64,000 nucleotides of DNA from Acidobacteriota bacterium. Lineage in GTDB: Bacteria > Acidobacteriota > UBA890 > WLXD01. The stretch spans positions 2,240,001-2,304,000 of the forward strand of contig CBDBHB010000009.1 of assembly GCA_965205505.1 (NCBI GenBank), read 5' to 3'. The position numbers were made by a program, and so were the translations under genes. Below the pieces are notes generated by a model, which worked only from the letters and a program-made list of their open reading frames with translations, did no database searches and had not been told where the DNA came from. Shown in pieces: positions 1-9,733 of the stretch (within the stretch, counting starts at the first letter, position 1; every line of letters starts with the position of its first letter).

Positions 1-2
1 AC

Positions 3-182
3 CCGGATCACACTTATGAGATCGAGTCGGTATACGACAACCGCACTGATGCGCCGGTCGACGCTATGGCGGTGATGTACCTATACCACCATCCAGTCAG
101 CGGTCAGAACATGACCTATCCGCCGGCCCCAGGCGCAACGCCGCCGACCGGGACGGGTCCGCCGAATGGGCATCACCACTGA
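3..182 (+). CDS. 3' end of a gene running in from the left edge; possibly a copper-monooxygenase C-terminal-like domain
   Basis: Open frame PDHTYEIESVYDNRTDAPVDAMAVMYLYHHP...GHHH* ending at TGA 180-182; family guess rests only on the YDN...DAM pattern. Confidence 0.45.
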   Translation, partial: PDHTYEIESVYDNRTDAPVDAMAVMYLYHHPVSGQNMTYPPAPGATPPTGTGPPNGHHH

Positions 183-195
183 CCGCCCGCCGATC

Positions 196-265
196 GTTAC
201 CGTCGGGACGCACAGGGTTTGTGTGGTGTTGCCGGCCTTCAACGCCGCGAGCACGCTGAAAGCGC
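196..265 (+). pseudogene. Remnant of a glycosyltransferase family 2 N-terminus
   Basis: Translates to VTVGTHRVCVVLPAFNAASTLK, the typical GT2 start (VxxPxxN); no start codon and no continuation. Confidence 0.55.
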
Positions 266-388
266 AACGATCAATGGCCCGACATCCACATCAGCGACGG
301 GCCCTGATCTCCCGAGAAGCGCACCGGTAGCCGATATTCCGGAATGTGGGATGGGTCAGCGATGATCCGAGCCGCCGGAGACGCGGTC

Positions 389-1558
389 TTATTCGCGTCG
401 CCGGGAAAACCGCAGCACGTCGCCGCTGGCCCGTTCCTTGCGGAACCCGAGCAAGTGAAACATCTCGACGACGAGCCATCGGGCGACGCGCCGATCGACG
501 ATCAGTGTCTCGATCTGGTCTGGGTCGCGATGTACACCCGGCAACAAGGAGGCGAGTCGGTCGAGCCGCAGGGTGCGCATCCACGCCGACAGCTCGAGCC
601 AGAAAGGTCGCACCTTGCGCATCAGGAAGAAGCCATCGTCGCCCAGTCCTTGATACAGAGGCAGGAGCAAGCGAGCTTTTTCGGCGATGCGGATCTCGCC
701 CTTGTCGTCGCTCGCCACCAGCTCGCCGGCGCTGACGGTGGCGAAGTTCGCGTAGCCCGGACCCATGCAAAAGCCATCGTGAGCCATGATCGCGTGGCGA
801 TGGCGCACCTCCAGCACCGACGGCAGGTTGCCGGCGGCCTCGTGCAGCGCATCGAAGTGAGGTTGAAAGCCGCTGGCTGCCGACTGTGACAGGCAACCCG
901 CATTGACGAGGGCCAGGGTCAGGAACGCCTCGTGATAAACGATCGACTGCTGCCGGTCGTGCTGACCTGCCTCTACACCGACGGTGATGTGGCCGAGGTT
1001 GTTCATGTATTCCAGCAGCGCGCCGTCCACCTGTTCTTCGAGGCCGAGGATCACCGGCACCGGGAACCTCTGCGCGAAACGTCGGTTCCGGATGGTGTCG
1101 CCAATGCAGACGAACGGCTCGCCCGGTGCGGAGCTGGTGTGTAGGTCGAGAAAGACGACGGGGCCGGCAGCGCGTGCCAACTCCCGTTCGAGCGCCTCGA
1201 GAAGCTCGGCCTGCTGCGATTCTTCGACGGTTCGGGCGCTGAAGTCCGGTGCTCTCACCCTGGCCACACGCTCGAGAGACCAGATGCGGTTGAAGTCCTC
1301 TTCAACGAAGCGCTGGCCGAGCTCGTAGGCGGCGAGGTTGCCGGACAGCCCGACGAAACGGCCATGCAGCTTGGCGCCGTTGTCTTCCAGGCGCGCCAGC
1401 ACGTTGCGGAACGCCACCACGCCGGCGGGCTCGTTGCCGTGAATCACCGCGGCGACCACGATGGTGGGACCCGCGATGCCTCGATCGTACGCTCCCAGAA
1501 CACGCTCGAGCTTGGTTGCAACGGCGTTCTCGGGCACGGTGCTCGACGGAGTCCTCAT
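389..1558 (-). CDS. Succinylglutamate desuccinylase/aspartoacylase family protein (M14-like Zn hydrolase)
   Basis: HGNE Zn motif, DFNRIW, LDLHTSS, EAGQH; start placed at MRTPSS (ATG 1558) because the upstream ORF extension overlaps the amidase. Confidence 0.85.
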   Translation of the reverse strand: MRTPSSTVPENAVATKLERVLGAYDRGIAGPTIVVAAVIHGNEPAGVVAFRNVLARLEDNGAKLHGRFVGLSGNLAAYELGQRFVEEDFNRIWSLERVARVRAPDFSARTVEESQQAELLEALERELARAAGPVVFLDLHTSSAPGEPFVCIGDTIRNRRFAQRFPVPVILGLEEQVDGALLEYMNNLGHITVGVEAGQHDRQQSIVYHEAFLTLALVNAGCLSQSAASGFQPHFDALHEAAGNLPSVLEVRHRHAIMAHDGFCMGPGYANFATVSAGELVASDDKGEIRIAEKARLLLPLYQGLGDDGFFLMRKVRPFWLELSAWMRTLRLDRLASLLPGVHRDPDQIETLIVDRRVARWLVVEMFHLLGFRKERASGDVLRFSRRRE

Positions 1559-1662
1559 CGCATGGGAGGGTTGCGAGGTGTCAGCGCGTTCGGCAGTGGC
1601 GGTGGCGCTCAGACAGACCCTCGCTGCATCGGGAGGCATTCGGCGAACCGCCGCGTCGGAGT

Positions 1663-3219
1663 CTACACGGGTGAGCCGGGTGCAGTGATTGGCGGTGTCC
1701 GCACCCAGTCCGTTGTGCCCTCGAACTCGATGCCGGCGAGCAACACGTTGCCGTCGTCGCCGGCGCGACCGGCGATCTGCAGACCGATCGGCAACCCCCG
1801 GTCGAAGCCGCACGGAAGCGAGACTGCCGGAAGTCCGGTGAGGTTGAATACGCGGGTGAATCGGGTGAGCGCGGCTCGTACATCGACGACCCCATCGGGC
1901 AGCTCGACCGCCTCCGCTTCGAGCGGCGGCGCGATCATGGGCAGGGTAGGGCAGAGGAGCAGATCGACCTCTCCAAGCATGCGCTCGAGTTGGTGGCTGA
2001 GTAGCCGCCGCACGCCCAACGCCTGTGCGTAGCGGGCCGCCGGCAAGGCATCGGCCAAACTCAGGAAGCGGCGCGTCTGCTCCTCGTACTGCGTCGGAGC
2101 GGCGCGCAGCGCGGCGCCATGGACGACTCCCCCCTCTGCCAAGAAGATCGCGGTAGCGGCGGCATGCACGAAGCGCCACGCCTCCGGCAACGGCACGACG
2201 CATCGGCGGGCGCCCAAGCGCTCGAGTGTTACTGCGGCTTCGCGCACGGCTGCGGCGACGGCTGGCTGCGATTGGTCGCAGAGCTCGTCGAAGATCGCGA
2301 AGCGGCTCTCGGACAGTGGGCGGGCCGGCGCGGTAGCCGCAGGCGAGTCGAGCATCACGGCAAGCAGTACCGCGAGGTCTTCGCTACGGCGCGCCAAAGC
2401 GCCTACGTGATCGAGCGTCCAGGAAAACGGAAGCACGCCGCGGCGGCTGACCCGGTCGTAGCTCGGTTTGATGCCGGCAAGGCCGCAGCATGCCGCTGGG
2501 ATGCGAATCGAACCTCCGGTGTCGGTGCCGGTGGCGGCCGCCACCATGCCGGCAGCAACGGCGACGGCAGAGCCGCAGCTACTTCCTCCAGCAATGCGGC
2601 TCGTGTCCCAGGGGTTCAGCGTTGCACCCGCCGCCGAGACGGTACCGGTGACGCCGGTGGCGTACTCATGAGTGTTGGCCTTGCCGAGCAGCAAGGTGCC
2701 GGCCTCCGAGAGTCGACGAACGACCGTCGCGTCGGCGTCGGGGATCCAGCCGGCGAGCCGGCGCGACCCCGCCGACGTGGCGATGCCGGCCGTCATCAGG
2801 ATGTCCTTGTGCGCGATCGGCACTCCGGCAAGAACGGGCAGCTCGCCGTCGACCGACGACTCCAGGTGCGCCGCATCGGCGCGAGCCCGTTCCTCGGTGA
2901 TCGTGACGAAGGCATTCAGCTGTGGCTCGAGCCGGGCGATCCGCTCGAGGCAACGGTCGACGATCGTACTGGGGGCGATGTGCCCGGCGGCCACGCGACG
3001 GGCGATCGCGGCGATGCTCTCGTCGAACGACTTCGGCGCGTTCTCGATGTTCGCCGCGGGCGGCAGCGGAGCGCTACCGAAAGTCGCTTTTGGCGGCGTC
3101 GGAAATAGATCTAGCTCGGTATGCTCGACCTCGTCGAGGATCGACAGTGACTGCAGCGGTGAGGCGGCCGAGTTGGATGCTGTGCTCGCCTTGCCGCAGT
3201 ATCGTCGATTATGAGCCAC
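1663..3219 (-). CDS. Amidase signature family protein (GatA-like)
   Basis: HKD lysine, GGSSCGSA and GTDTGGSIRIPAA signatures, FNLTGLPAVSLP; start uncertain. Confidence 0.9.
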   Translation of the reverse strand: MAHNRRYCGKASTASNSAASPLQSLSILDEVEHTELDLFPTPPKATFGSAPLPPAANIENAPKSFDESIAAIARRVAAGHIAPSTIVDRCLERIARLEPQLNAFVTITEERARADAAHLESSVDGELPVLAGVPIAHKDILMTAGIATSAGSRRLAGWIPDADATVVRRLSEAGTLLLGKANTHEYATGVTGTVSAAGATLNPWDTSRIAGGSSCGSAVAVAAGMVAAATGTDTGGSIRIPAACCGLAGIKPSYDRVSRRGVLPFSWTLDHVGALARRSEDLAVLLAVMLDSPAATAPARPLSESRFAIFDELCDQSQPAVAAAVREAAVTLERLGARRCVVPLPEAWRFVHAAATAIFLAEGGVVHGAALRAAPTQYEEQTRRFLSLADALPAARYAQALGVRRLLSHQLERMLGEVDLLLCPTLPMIAPPLEAEAVELPDGVVDVRAALTRFTRVFNLTGLPAVSLPCGFDRGLPIGLQIAGRAGDDGNVLLAGIEFEGTTDWVRTPPITAPGSPV

Positions 3220-3301
3220 GCCGCGTCGGTCCTTCCGGGGTCATGTTGCAACCCCTTCCGCTACAATCAGTCGTCTGCTGCTGCCCGCGCGCCATGATGC
3301 C

Positions 3302-4486
3302 ATGACCGACGACCTCTACATTCGCGACGCTAGCTCGCTAGCGCAATTCGCGGAGCGGCTTCGGGGTGTAAGCTCGCTGGCGGTCGACACCGAGTTCATC
3401 CGCGAGCGCACCTACTATCCGAGGCTGTGTCTCATTCAGCTCGCGGCTCCCGGCCTGCTGGCGGTCGTGGATCCGCTGGCTGTCGATGATCTCGGGCCGC
3501 TGTGGCGCGTGCTCACCGCAGGACCGGAGCTCGTGCTGCATGCGGCCGGACAGGATCTGGAAATCATGCAACGGCTTGCCGGGCGGTTACCCGCGAGTCA
3601 CTTCGACACCCAGGTTGCGGCCGCGTTCCTCGGGTACGGCGACAGCATCAGCCATGCCAAGCTCATCGAACGAGTCGTCCGGGTCACCCTGAAACGCTCC
3701 GAAGCTTACACGGACTGGGCGCGGCGGCCGCTTTCGGATGAGCAGACCGAATATGCCCTCGACGATGTGCGCTACTTGCTCGAGTGCGCCGAGACGTTGC
3801 GTACGCAACTGGCGGAACGCAACCGGCGAACTTGGGTGGAGGAGGAGCTCGAGAGGGTGATGCGTGGCGTCAACGCCAGCCCGGATCCAGATCAGATGTG
3901 GCGTCGCGTGTCGGGTGCGAGATCGCTGACGGGCCGCGGACTTGCGATTCTCGCCCGTGCCGCCGCGTGGCGAGAACGCGAGGCGGTGCGCCGCGACATT
4001 CCGCGGCAGCGGGTGGTGGCTGACCGGGTGCTGATCGAGATCGCCCGTCGCGCCCCGAAACGGCAGGCCCAGGTCGAACGCCTGCGTGGGCTGCACCCGC
4101 GCGAGGCGCAACGGTCCGCGGCGACGATCGTCGCATTGGTTCGCGAGGCCCTGGAGTCGGACCCCACCACCTGGCCGGAGGCTCGTAAGCCGCGGCCCCG
4201 CGGCGGAGAGCAAACAGTCGAGATTCTGGCCTCGCTTCTGGATGCCGTGGTCCGCACCCGTGCCGCCGAGCTGGAGTTGGCTCCGCGATTGCTGGCCAAG
4301 CGAGCCGACTTGGAGCGGCTCGTGCGCCAGGAAATCGACGCCGACGCCAAGCAAGACGGCATCCCGGTTCTCGCGGGTTGGCGGCGCGAGAACGTCGGTG
4401 AACAGTTGCTGGCGTTGCTGCGCGGCGAGGCTCAGGTCAGTGTGGAACCAACCCAAGAAGGGTTGCGTCTGCGCCTCGAGAGCTAG
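3302..4486 (+). CDS. rnd: Ribonuclease D
   Basis: AVDTEF, RERTYYPRLCLIQ, FDTQVAA, TDWARRPLS, YALDDV; HRDC region; GWRRE tail. Confidence 0.95.
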   Translation: MTDDLYIRDASSLAQFAERLRGVSSLAVDTEFIRERTYYPRLCLIQLAAPGLLAVVDPLAVDDLGPLWRVLTAGPELVLHAAGQDLEIMQRLAGRLPASHFDTQVAAAFLGYGDSISHAKLIERVVRVTLKRSEAYTDWARRPLSDEQTEYALDDVRYLLECAETLRTQLAERNRRTWVEEELERVMRGVNASPDPDQMWRRVSGARSLTGRGLAILARAAAWREREAVRRDIPRQRVVADRVLIEIARRAPKRQAQVERLRGLHPREAQRSAATIVALVREALESDPTTWPEARKPRPRGGEQTVEILASLLDAVVRTRAAELELAPRLLAKRADLERLVRQEIDADAKQDGIPVLAGWRRENVGEQLLALLRGEAQVSVEPTQEGLRLRLES

Positions 4487-4760
4487 TGTCCTGAGTCAGA
4501 AATCCGTTGCATATTGTGGCGCGCGCCACCGAGTCGAATCCAAGGAGGCCCGACGACGGCGATGCCATGCGTATCGCAGAGGAGGGCCGACGCCGGAGGC
4601 GGCCGGCGTCGCGGCCACCCGGAGGGCTGGGTCGATATGGGGGCAATCTCAGCGTTGCGATTCGTCGACGATGGCCACCGCATCGCCATCCTCATCGCGC
4701 CTTGAGCTTGCCCCCATCTCGACCCAGCAATATGTAACGAACCTCTGTTACAGGACACAG
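4483..4760. mobile_element. MITE-like element (278 bp) with IS630-like CTAGTGTCC...GGACAC(T)AG ends and two inverted structured cores
   Basis: Imperfect ~30-bp TIRs (tgtcctgagtcagaaatccgttgcatattg versus the reverse complement of caatatgtaacgaacctctgttacaggaca); partial second copy at 63810-63933. Confidence 0.8.
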
Positions 4761-4790
4761 CAGGCCGTGGTGGAACTGTGGCGGGCCTGG
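4759..4790 (+). repeat. Short dispersed repeat (agcaggccgtggtgRaa.tgtggcgggcctgg), IS-end-like
   Basis: Near-identical to 55763-55794; shorter inverted copy at 38768-38786. Confidence 0.65.
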
Positions 4791-4807
4791 TTACGGCTCG
4801 TGACGCC

Positions 4808-6061
4808 CTACTGGCCTCGCGGCTTGGCCGTGCGAGTCCCACCGGACCGGCCGCTGCTGCGCCCGCCAGGACTGACGGAACCTTTCGATCCGCCGGAACG
4901 ACCACCGGAGCCCATCGAGCCTCCTGACCGTCTACCGCGCCCGCCGAAGATATTGCGGAAACCGCCGGGGGCGTTGTTGCTCAGTCCGACCCGAGCGTAG
5001 CCGCGGCCGGCGATGACGCGCCCGCCGTGGCGACCAATGTTTCGTCCGGGATAGAACTGCGAGCCGCCCGGGTAGTACCCGTACCCATAGCCGGTCCCAT
5101 ACCCGGTCCCATACCCATACCCATACCCATACCCGTAGCCGTAGTAGGAGCCGAAGCCGAACGGTGCGAACGCCGGACTCCAGTACCCGTAGCCGTACAC
5201 CGGGTAGTAGCCCGAGCGCCGCCGCCGACCTTCTTCCGTGTTCTCCTCACCATCAACGAGGAAGTAGTCGGGAAACGACAACGCCACCATGACATCGATC
5301 ACCGGTGCCGGGACGTCGGTTTCTGCCAGCCGCATCAGCAGCGAGGAATCCATGTCGAAGCCGGCGTTGGTTTCGATCAACGCTGCTTCGACCGCCGCGG
5401 CGTCGATAATGGCAACCGCCTCGATCACGTCGTCCACGTCGAACGGTGACGCCGCGGTCGATTGGCTGCCGGCGGTGGCCATGGCGTAGGAATCGAGGCC
5501 GAAGCGCGTCACGCTCCTGCCGGTCTCGTCGGCCACTCGCCGGTAGCGACGCACGAGGACCTCACGCTCGCCTTCGGCGTCGATCACCTGCACGTCAACC
5601 CAGCGGTTCGGCGTCGCCAGCAGCGATATCCCCGAGGCCTGGCGTGCCATCCCGTCCTCGCACTGCAGCGAGGCGAGGTTGAACAGCCGCTGGCGGTCGG
5701 CGGAGAACAGGGTGCGCTCGCTGCCGGTGCAACTGCCGTCGTCGACCGGACGGGCGGTGCCGTCGCCGTACACGGTGCGCGTATCGGCCAGCTCGCCGTC
5801 GATCAGGGTGGTGACTACGGCCGTTCGCGGCTCGGGGCCCGACTCCAGGCACACCATGCGCTCGCCGTCAGCGGAGCCGACGCCCCGGTCGTCCAGGCCG
5901 TTGATCAACTTCCAGCAACCGCTCCAAGCGGCCCACCCGTCGATCGGTGCGCTCGTCGCTTCCTGCGCCATTGCCGCAGCAGGTGCAAGCGCAATCAGGA
6001 CGGCGCCGGCAACGCACATCAAGCCTCGTAGCATCCGCTGCGATCGTTTCTTTTCCCGCAT
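4808..6061 (-). CDS. Secreted hypothetical protein with Cys pairs and a Gly/Tyr-repeat, Gly/Arg/Ser-rich tail
   Basis: Signal peptide (LIALAPAAAMA-Q), RBS ggagggg before ATG 6061, low-complexity C-terminus. Confidence 0.8.
   Translation of the reverse strand: MREKKRSQRMLRGLMCVAGAVLIALAPAAAMAQEATSAPIDGWAAWSGCWKLINGLDDRGVGSADGERMVCLESGPEPRTAVVTTLIDGELADTRTVYGDGTARPVDDGSCTGSERTLFSADRQRLFNLASLQCEDGMARQASGISLLATPNRWVDVQVIDAEGEREVLVRRYRRVADETGRSVTRFGLDSYAMATAGSQSTAASPFDVDDVIEAVAIIDAAAVEAALIETNAGFDMDSSLLMRLAETDVPAPVIDVMVALSFPDYFLVDGEENTEEGRRRRSGYYPVYGYGYWSPAFAPFGFGSYYGYGYGYGYGYGTGYGTGYGYGYYPGGSQFYPGRNIGRHGGRVIAGRGYARVGLSNNAPGGFRNIFGGRGRRSGGSMGSGGRSGGSKGSVSPGGRSSGRSGGTRTAKPRGQ
5074..5147. repeat. 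Coding hexamer tandem repeat (cccata/cccgta)n encoding (GY)n
   Basis: atacccatacccatacccatacccgtagccgtag; peptide YYGYGYGYGYGYGTGYGTGYGYGYY. Confidence 0.8.
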
Positions 6062-6071
6062 GACCCCTCCC

Positions 6072-6884
6072 TTAGAACTTGAACGCCACACCCGCGGTGG
6101 CGTGCAAGCCGTTCAAATCGATCGGCGCGAAGCCGACGAAGCTGTCTTTGAGATCAGCACTCGCCCAGTGGTACCGAGCATCGATGACCAAACCGATGGA
6201 CGGCGTGAGCTTGATATCCACGCCGGCAAAGGCGTGGGCCGCCGCGGTAAAGCCGTCTGAGTTGAACGTATCTTCAAAGATAGCGAAGTCGCGAAAGTCG
6301 ATGAACTCACCCGCCTGTTCCAGCTCATACCAGGTAAAGCCACCGCCGGCCCCGATGTAGGGGACAACAGTGTTCGGTACCCAAGCGTACTGGCCAACCC
6401 GCTGCCCGCGCGACCCCAGGTACCATTTCAGGCTCAATGTAAGCGGTACCTGCGTAAGCGCGGTCTCTTGCACGATCGGAATATCGTCCTGGTCGACGAA
6501 ATCCCGATAATCGGAGATCTTGCTCTTGCGGCTGTACTCCACGCCGAATACCAGATCGACCTGATCCGACAGCCGCATGCCGAAGTCGAACGCGATGATC
6601 CCGGCGTCGAAGTCGGAAGGCTCGAGCGTCAGATCACCGGTCAGGAAGTCGAAGATCTCGCCCTCGGCGCGATTGAAGGCGTAACCGCCGCGAATCCCCA
6701 AGGTGCTGTTCGGAGAACTGAACCTGAAATCAGGCCCCTGCGTACGGCCGCTGGGCTCGTCGTCGGGAGTGGCCGACGCGATGGCCGGAACCAGCAGAAT
6801 GAGCGAACAGAGCGTCGCCGCCCGCCAGCTGGTGGCGAGATGTCGGCGACCCCGGTTGAGCCTTTCAAACCAATCGTTGCGCAT
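6072..6884 (-). CDS. Outer-membrane beta-barrel protein (OmpA/OmpW-like barrel)
   Basis: Signal peptide, amphipathic strands (VVPYIGAGGG, AFAGVDIKL), C-terminal GVAFKF. Confidence 0.85.
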   Translation of the reverse strand: MRNDWFERLNRGRRHLATSWRAATLCSLILLVPAIASATPDDEPSGRTQGPDFRFSSPNSTLGIRGGYAFNRAEGEIFDFLTGDLTLEPSDFDAGIIAFDFGMRLSDQVDLVFGVEYSRKSKISDYRDFVDQDDIPIVQETALTQVPLTLSLKWYLGSRGQRVGQYAWVPNTVVPYIGAGGGFTWYELEQAGEFIDFRDFAIFEDTFNSDGFTAAAHAFAGVDIKLTPSIGLVIDARYHWASADLKDSFVGFAPIDLNGLHATAGVAFKF

Positions 6885-7198
6885 TGCCAACCTTCCTCCG
6901 ATCGGGGACACCTCTCGAGCCCTGGTGTTCGGCATCGAGTAATCCCATCAACCTCGATCCGATCGCTATGCTTTGCAAGCACCGTGCCGTCCGTGGGTTT
7001 CCCCCGCCGGTGCGTACGGGCCCCTGATGGCGGCGCGAGCGCGGCACCACCTGGCGCGCCTGTATCCGCGATGACCGCATATCGACGCCATTTTGGACAG
7101 TTGTCGTTATGTGAACGATTCTCAAGTCGCCCGCCGACCGCGGCCAGCTAAGGCCGCGCTGCTTTGAGTTTGGCGTTCCGTGACTCTAGTCTGCTCCG

Positions 7199-9427
7199 AT
7201 GTTGTCGACCGACCGACGTAAGTCCAACTCTAGTCTGCCACGCACGGCCTTCCGTGGTTGCCTGGCTGCGGCAATGCTGTTGTCGGCATTACCCGGACGA
7301 GGCGAGGTACCAGGGGCGAACGGCCCACGCGGTTTCCAGGCCCCATGGGGTGCCGCCATCGAGCGCGAGCTGCGCCTCGCGGCCATTCCCGACACCGACC
7401 GCTTGCGCACCATGGCGCATCGACTTGGCAGTGAGGCAAGGGTAGCGGGCACGCCAGCTGCAGCCCGCGCCGCCGGCGAGATCGCCGACCTCATGGCCGG
7501 CTGGGGCCTCGAGGTCTCGGTGCATGAGTACGACGTATTGTTGCCGCACGCGCTGTCGGCGCGAGTGGATCGCCTCTCGCCGCTGCCGCTGACGCTGGGG
7601 CTCGAGGAGGAACCGCTCCCCGAGGACACGGCCAGCGGTGTGAGCCAATATCCAGCAGTGGCGGCGTACTCGGCCGCTGGTGATGTCGAGGCAGGCGTGG
7701 TCTACGCCAACTATGGGAGAGAGGCTGACTTCGCCGCGCTGCGGGCGCTACGTGTCGACACTGTCGGCAAGATCATCGTGATGCGATACGGCCAGGTGTT
7801 TCGCGGCGCCAAGGTTCACAATGCCGAGGCGGCCGGCGCGGCAGCCGTATTGCTGTACTCAGATCCGTTGGACGACGGCTACTTCCGCGGCGACGTGTAT
7901 CCGATCGGTCCGTTCCGGCCGTGGACAGGTGTGCAGCGCGGCTCCGTGCGCACTGGACCACCGGGTGATCCGAACACGCCGGGCCGGCCCGCGACCGCTG
8001 GCGCCGCAGTAGCCGGCCAGCCGACACCTGCCACGCCCCTTACGTCGATCCCGGTCGTCGCTCTGGGCTACGGGTCGGCGGCGGAGCTGCTGCGACATCT
8101 GGTCGGCACCGAGGTCCCGGCGGGCTGGCAGGGGGCGCTGCCCTTCCGCTATCACGTCGGCGGCGCCGGTGTTCGGGCGCGCGTGCTCGTCGAGCTCGAT
8201 GAAACCTCGGTGCGGAGAATCCGCAACGTCGTGGGGACGCTTCGCGGACGCGAGCGGCCACAGGAGTGGGTAATCCTCGGCGCGCATTACGACTCCTGGA
8301 CGGTTGGCGCGGTGGACAATCTTTCGGGCACGGTGGCGATGCTGGAGGCTGCACGGGCGCTCGCAAAGCTGAGCGCCGCCGGCTGGCCGCCGCGTCGCAG
8401 CATCTTGTTCGCCGCGTGGGACGCCGAGGAGTGGGGCTTGATCGGTTCCACCGAATGGACCGAGGCGCATGCGGACCAGCTTCGCAGCTCCGCGGTCGCG
8501 TACATCAACCTCGACGGAGTCGTTGGTGGTCCCTACTTCTCCGCCACCGCATCGCCTTCTTTGCGCACGCTCATCCGCTCTGCGACGCGAGTAGTCGCGG
8601 ACCCGACGTTACCGACCACCAGCATCTACGACTCTTGGCGCCGGCGTGCGTCTATGTTGCCCAGCGGTGAGCCTCGGGTGCCACTACCGGCGGGTGGCTC
8701 CGACGACGCGACGTTCGCGGCTGTGCTCGGCGTGCCAACCGTCGGGATCGGATTCTCGGGAAGCTCGGGGATATACCACTCTGCCTACGACACTCACGCG
8801 TTCGTGGACCGATTCGGCGATCCTGGCTATCGTCAGCACCGCGCCGTAGCCGCCCTTGCCGCGGTCCTCTGTGGGCGGCTGGCCAGCGCAGACGTGCTGC
8901 CGTTCGACTACCGTGACCAGGCGGCAGAGCTGGCGACGGCGATGGGCAGCGTCGATGCTGCTATCGCCGGGCCCGGGGGAAATGCCCGTAGCGCCGGTAC
9001 CGAGCTCGTTTGGCGGGCTCTCGGCAGCTTGGCGGCGGCCGCCGGCGAGCTAGAGGCCAATACACGCCAGGTGCTGCAGCGAGCATCGGCCGGCGCGGGG
9101 CCGGTAGGATTGCAGCGGGTTAACGATCACTTGCTACGGGTCGAGAGGGCGTTTACCCGGCCTGGCGGACTCTCGGCACGCCCTTGGTTCAAAAACATAT
9201 TCTATGCTCCCTCTGGCGGCGATCTGTATGCTGCCGAGCTGTTACCTGGGGTTCAGCGCGCGCTCCGCCGTGACGATGATGGAGCGCTCGCCAGGGAGCT
9301 CGACGATTTGGCGTCATCGATTCGTGCCGCCGCAGTCGAGCTCGTGGCGTCGGCGGTGAGCCTGCGAGCTGCTGCTGATGCGCGCGTTGCCGCGAACTTG
9401 ATCCCCGGGCAGGCCTCCACTCAGTAG
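7199..9427 (+). CDS. M28 metallopeptidase, glutamate carboxypeptidase II type (PA domain plus TFR dimerisation domain)
   Basis: GAHYDSW, GAVDN, WDAEEWGLIGS, YINLD, GGSDD, YHSAYD, RPWFKN. Confidence 0.9.
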   Translation: MLSTDRRKSNSSLPRTAFRGCLAAAMLLSALPGRGEVPGANGPRGFQAPWGAAIERELRLAAIPDTDRLRTMAHRLGSEARVAGTPAAARAAGEIADLMAGWGLEVSVHEYDVLLPHALSARVDRLSPLPLTLGLEEEPLPEDTASGVSQYPAVAAYSAAGDVEAGVVYANYGREADFAALRALRVDTVGKIIVMRYGQVFRGAKVHNAEAAGAAAVLLYSDPLDDGYFRGDVYPIGPFRPWTGVQRGSVRTGPPGDPNTPGRPATAGAAVAGQPTPATPLTSIPVVALGYGSAAELLRHLVGTEVPAGWQGALPFRYHVGGAGVRARVLVELDETSVRRIRNVVGTLRGRERPQEWVILGAHYDSWTVGAVDNLSGTVAMLEAARALAKLSAAGWPPRRSILFAAWDAEEWGLIGSTEWTEAHADQLRSSAVAYINLDGVVGGPYFSATASPSLRTLIRSATRVVADPTLPTTSIYDSWRRRASMLPSGEPRVPLPAGGSDDATFAAVLGVPTVGIGFSGSSGIYHSAYDTHAFVDRFGDPGYRQHRAVAALAAVLCGRLASADVLPFDYRDQAAELATAMGSVDAAIAGPGGNARSAGTELVWRALGSLAAAAGELEANTRQVLQRASAGAGPVGLQRVNDHLLRVERAFTRPGGLSARPWFKNIFYAPSGGDLYAAELLPGVQRALRRDDDGALARELDDLASSIRAAAVELVASAVSLRAAADARVAANLIPGQASTQ

Positions 9428-9439
9428 TGGTCAACGAAA

Positions 9440-9729
9440 GACGGAACGGGCGATCCCCACGAACAGCCTCCACGCAGTACGGCCGTTGGCACCGGCCAAT
9501 CGGGCTCGGAACGAGGTCTGCCCCTTTCGCCAAGTTCACACCGGCCCGCGCGTGGCTTCGGAAACCCGACCAGTAAGCCTCCCGTCCGATGTGCAGTCGG
9601 GGCTGCGCCGCACATCGGTGTTACCGGCGCCCTGACGGACGAGCCATGTTGCGAAGCGGTATCGCCTGATTGTCGTAGCCGGACACCGCAGGCGCGCGCC
9701 GCGCGGCCATGAGGATCGCCCGAACCGCC
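9440..9729 (-). ncRNA. Putative ~290-nt highly structured non-coding RNA of unknown family
   Basis: Ends (9707-9729 and 9440-9462) form a 23-bp helix with 21 pairs, including G-U pairs that form only on the minus strand; several internal helices; TTGACA-N16-CATAAT directly upstream; no credible ORF. Confidence 0.7.
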
Positions 9730-9733
9730 CCTG

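Noticed and set aside
9440-9729. RNase P, tmRNA or SRP identity for the structured RNA
   Set aside because: Universal motifs are absent on both strands
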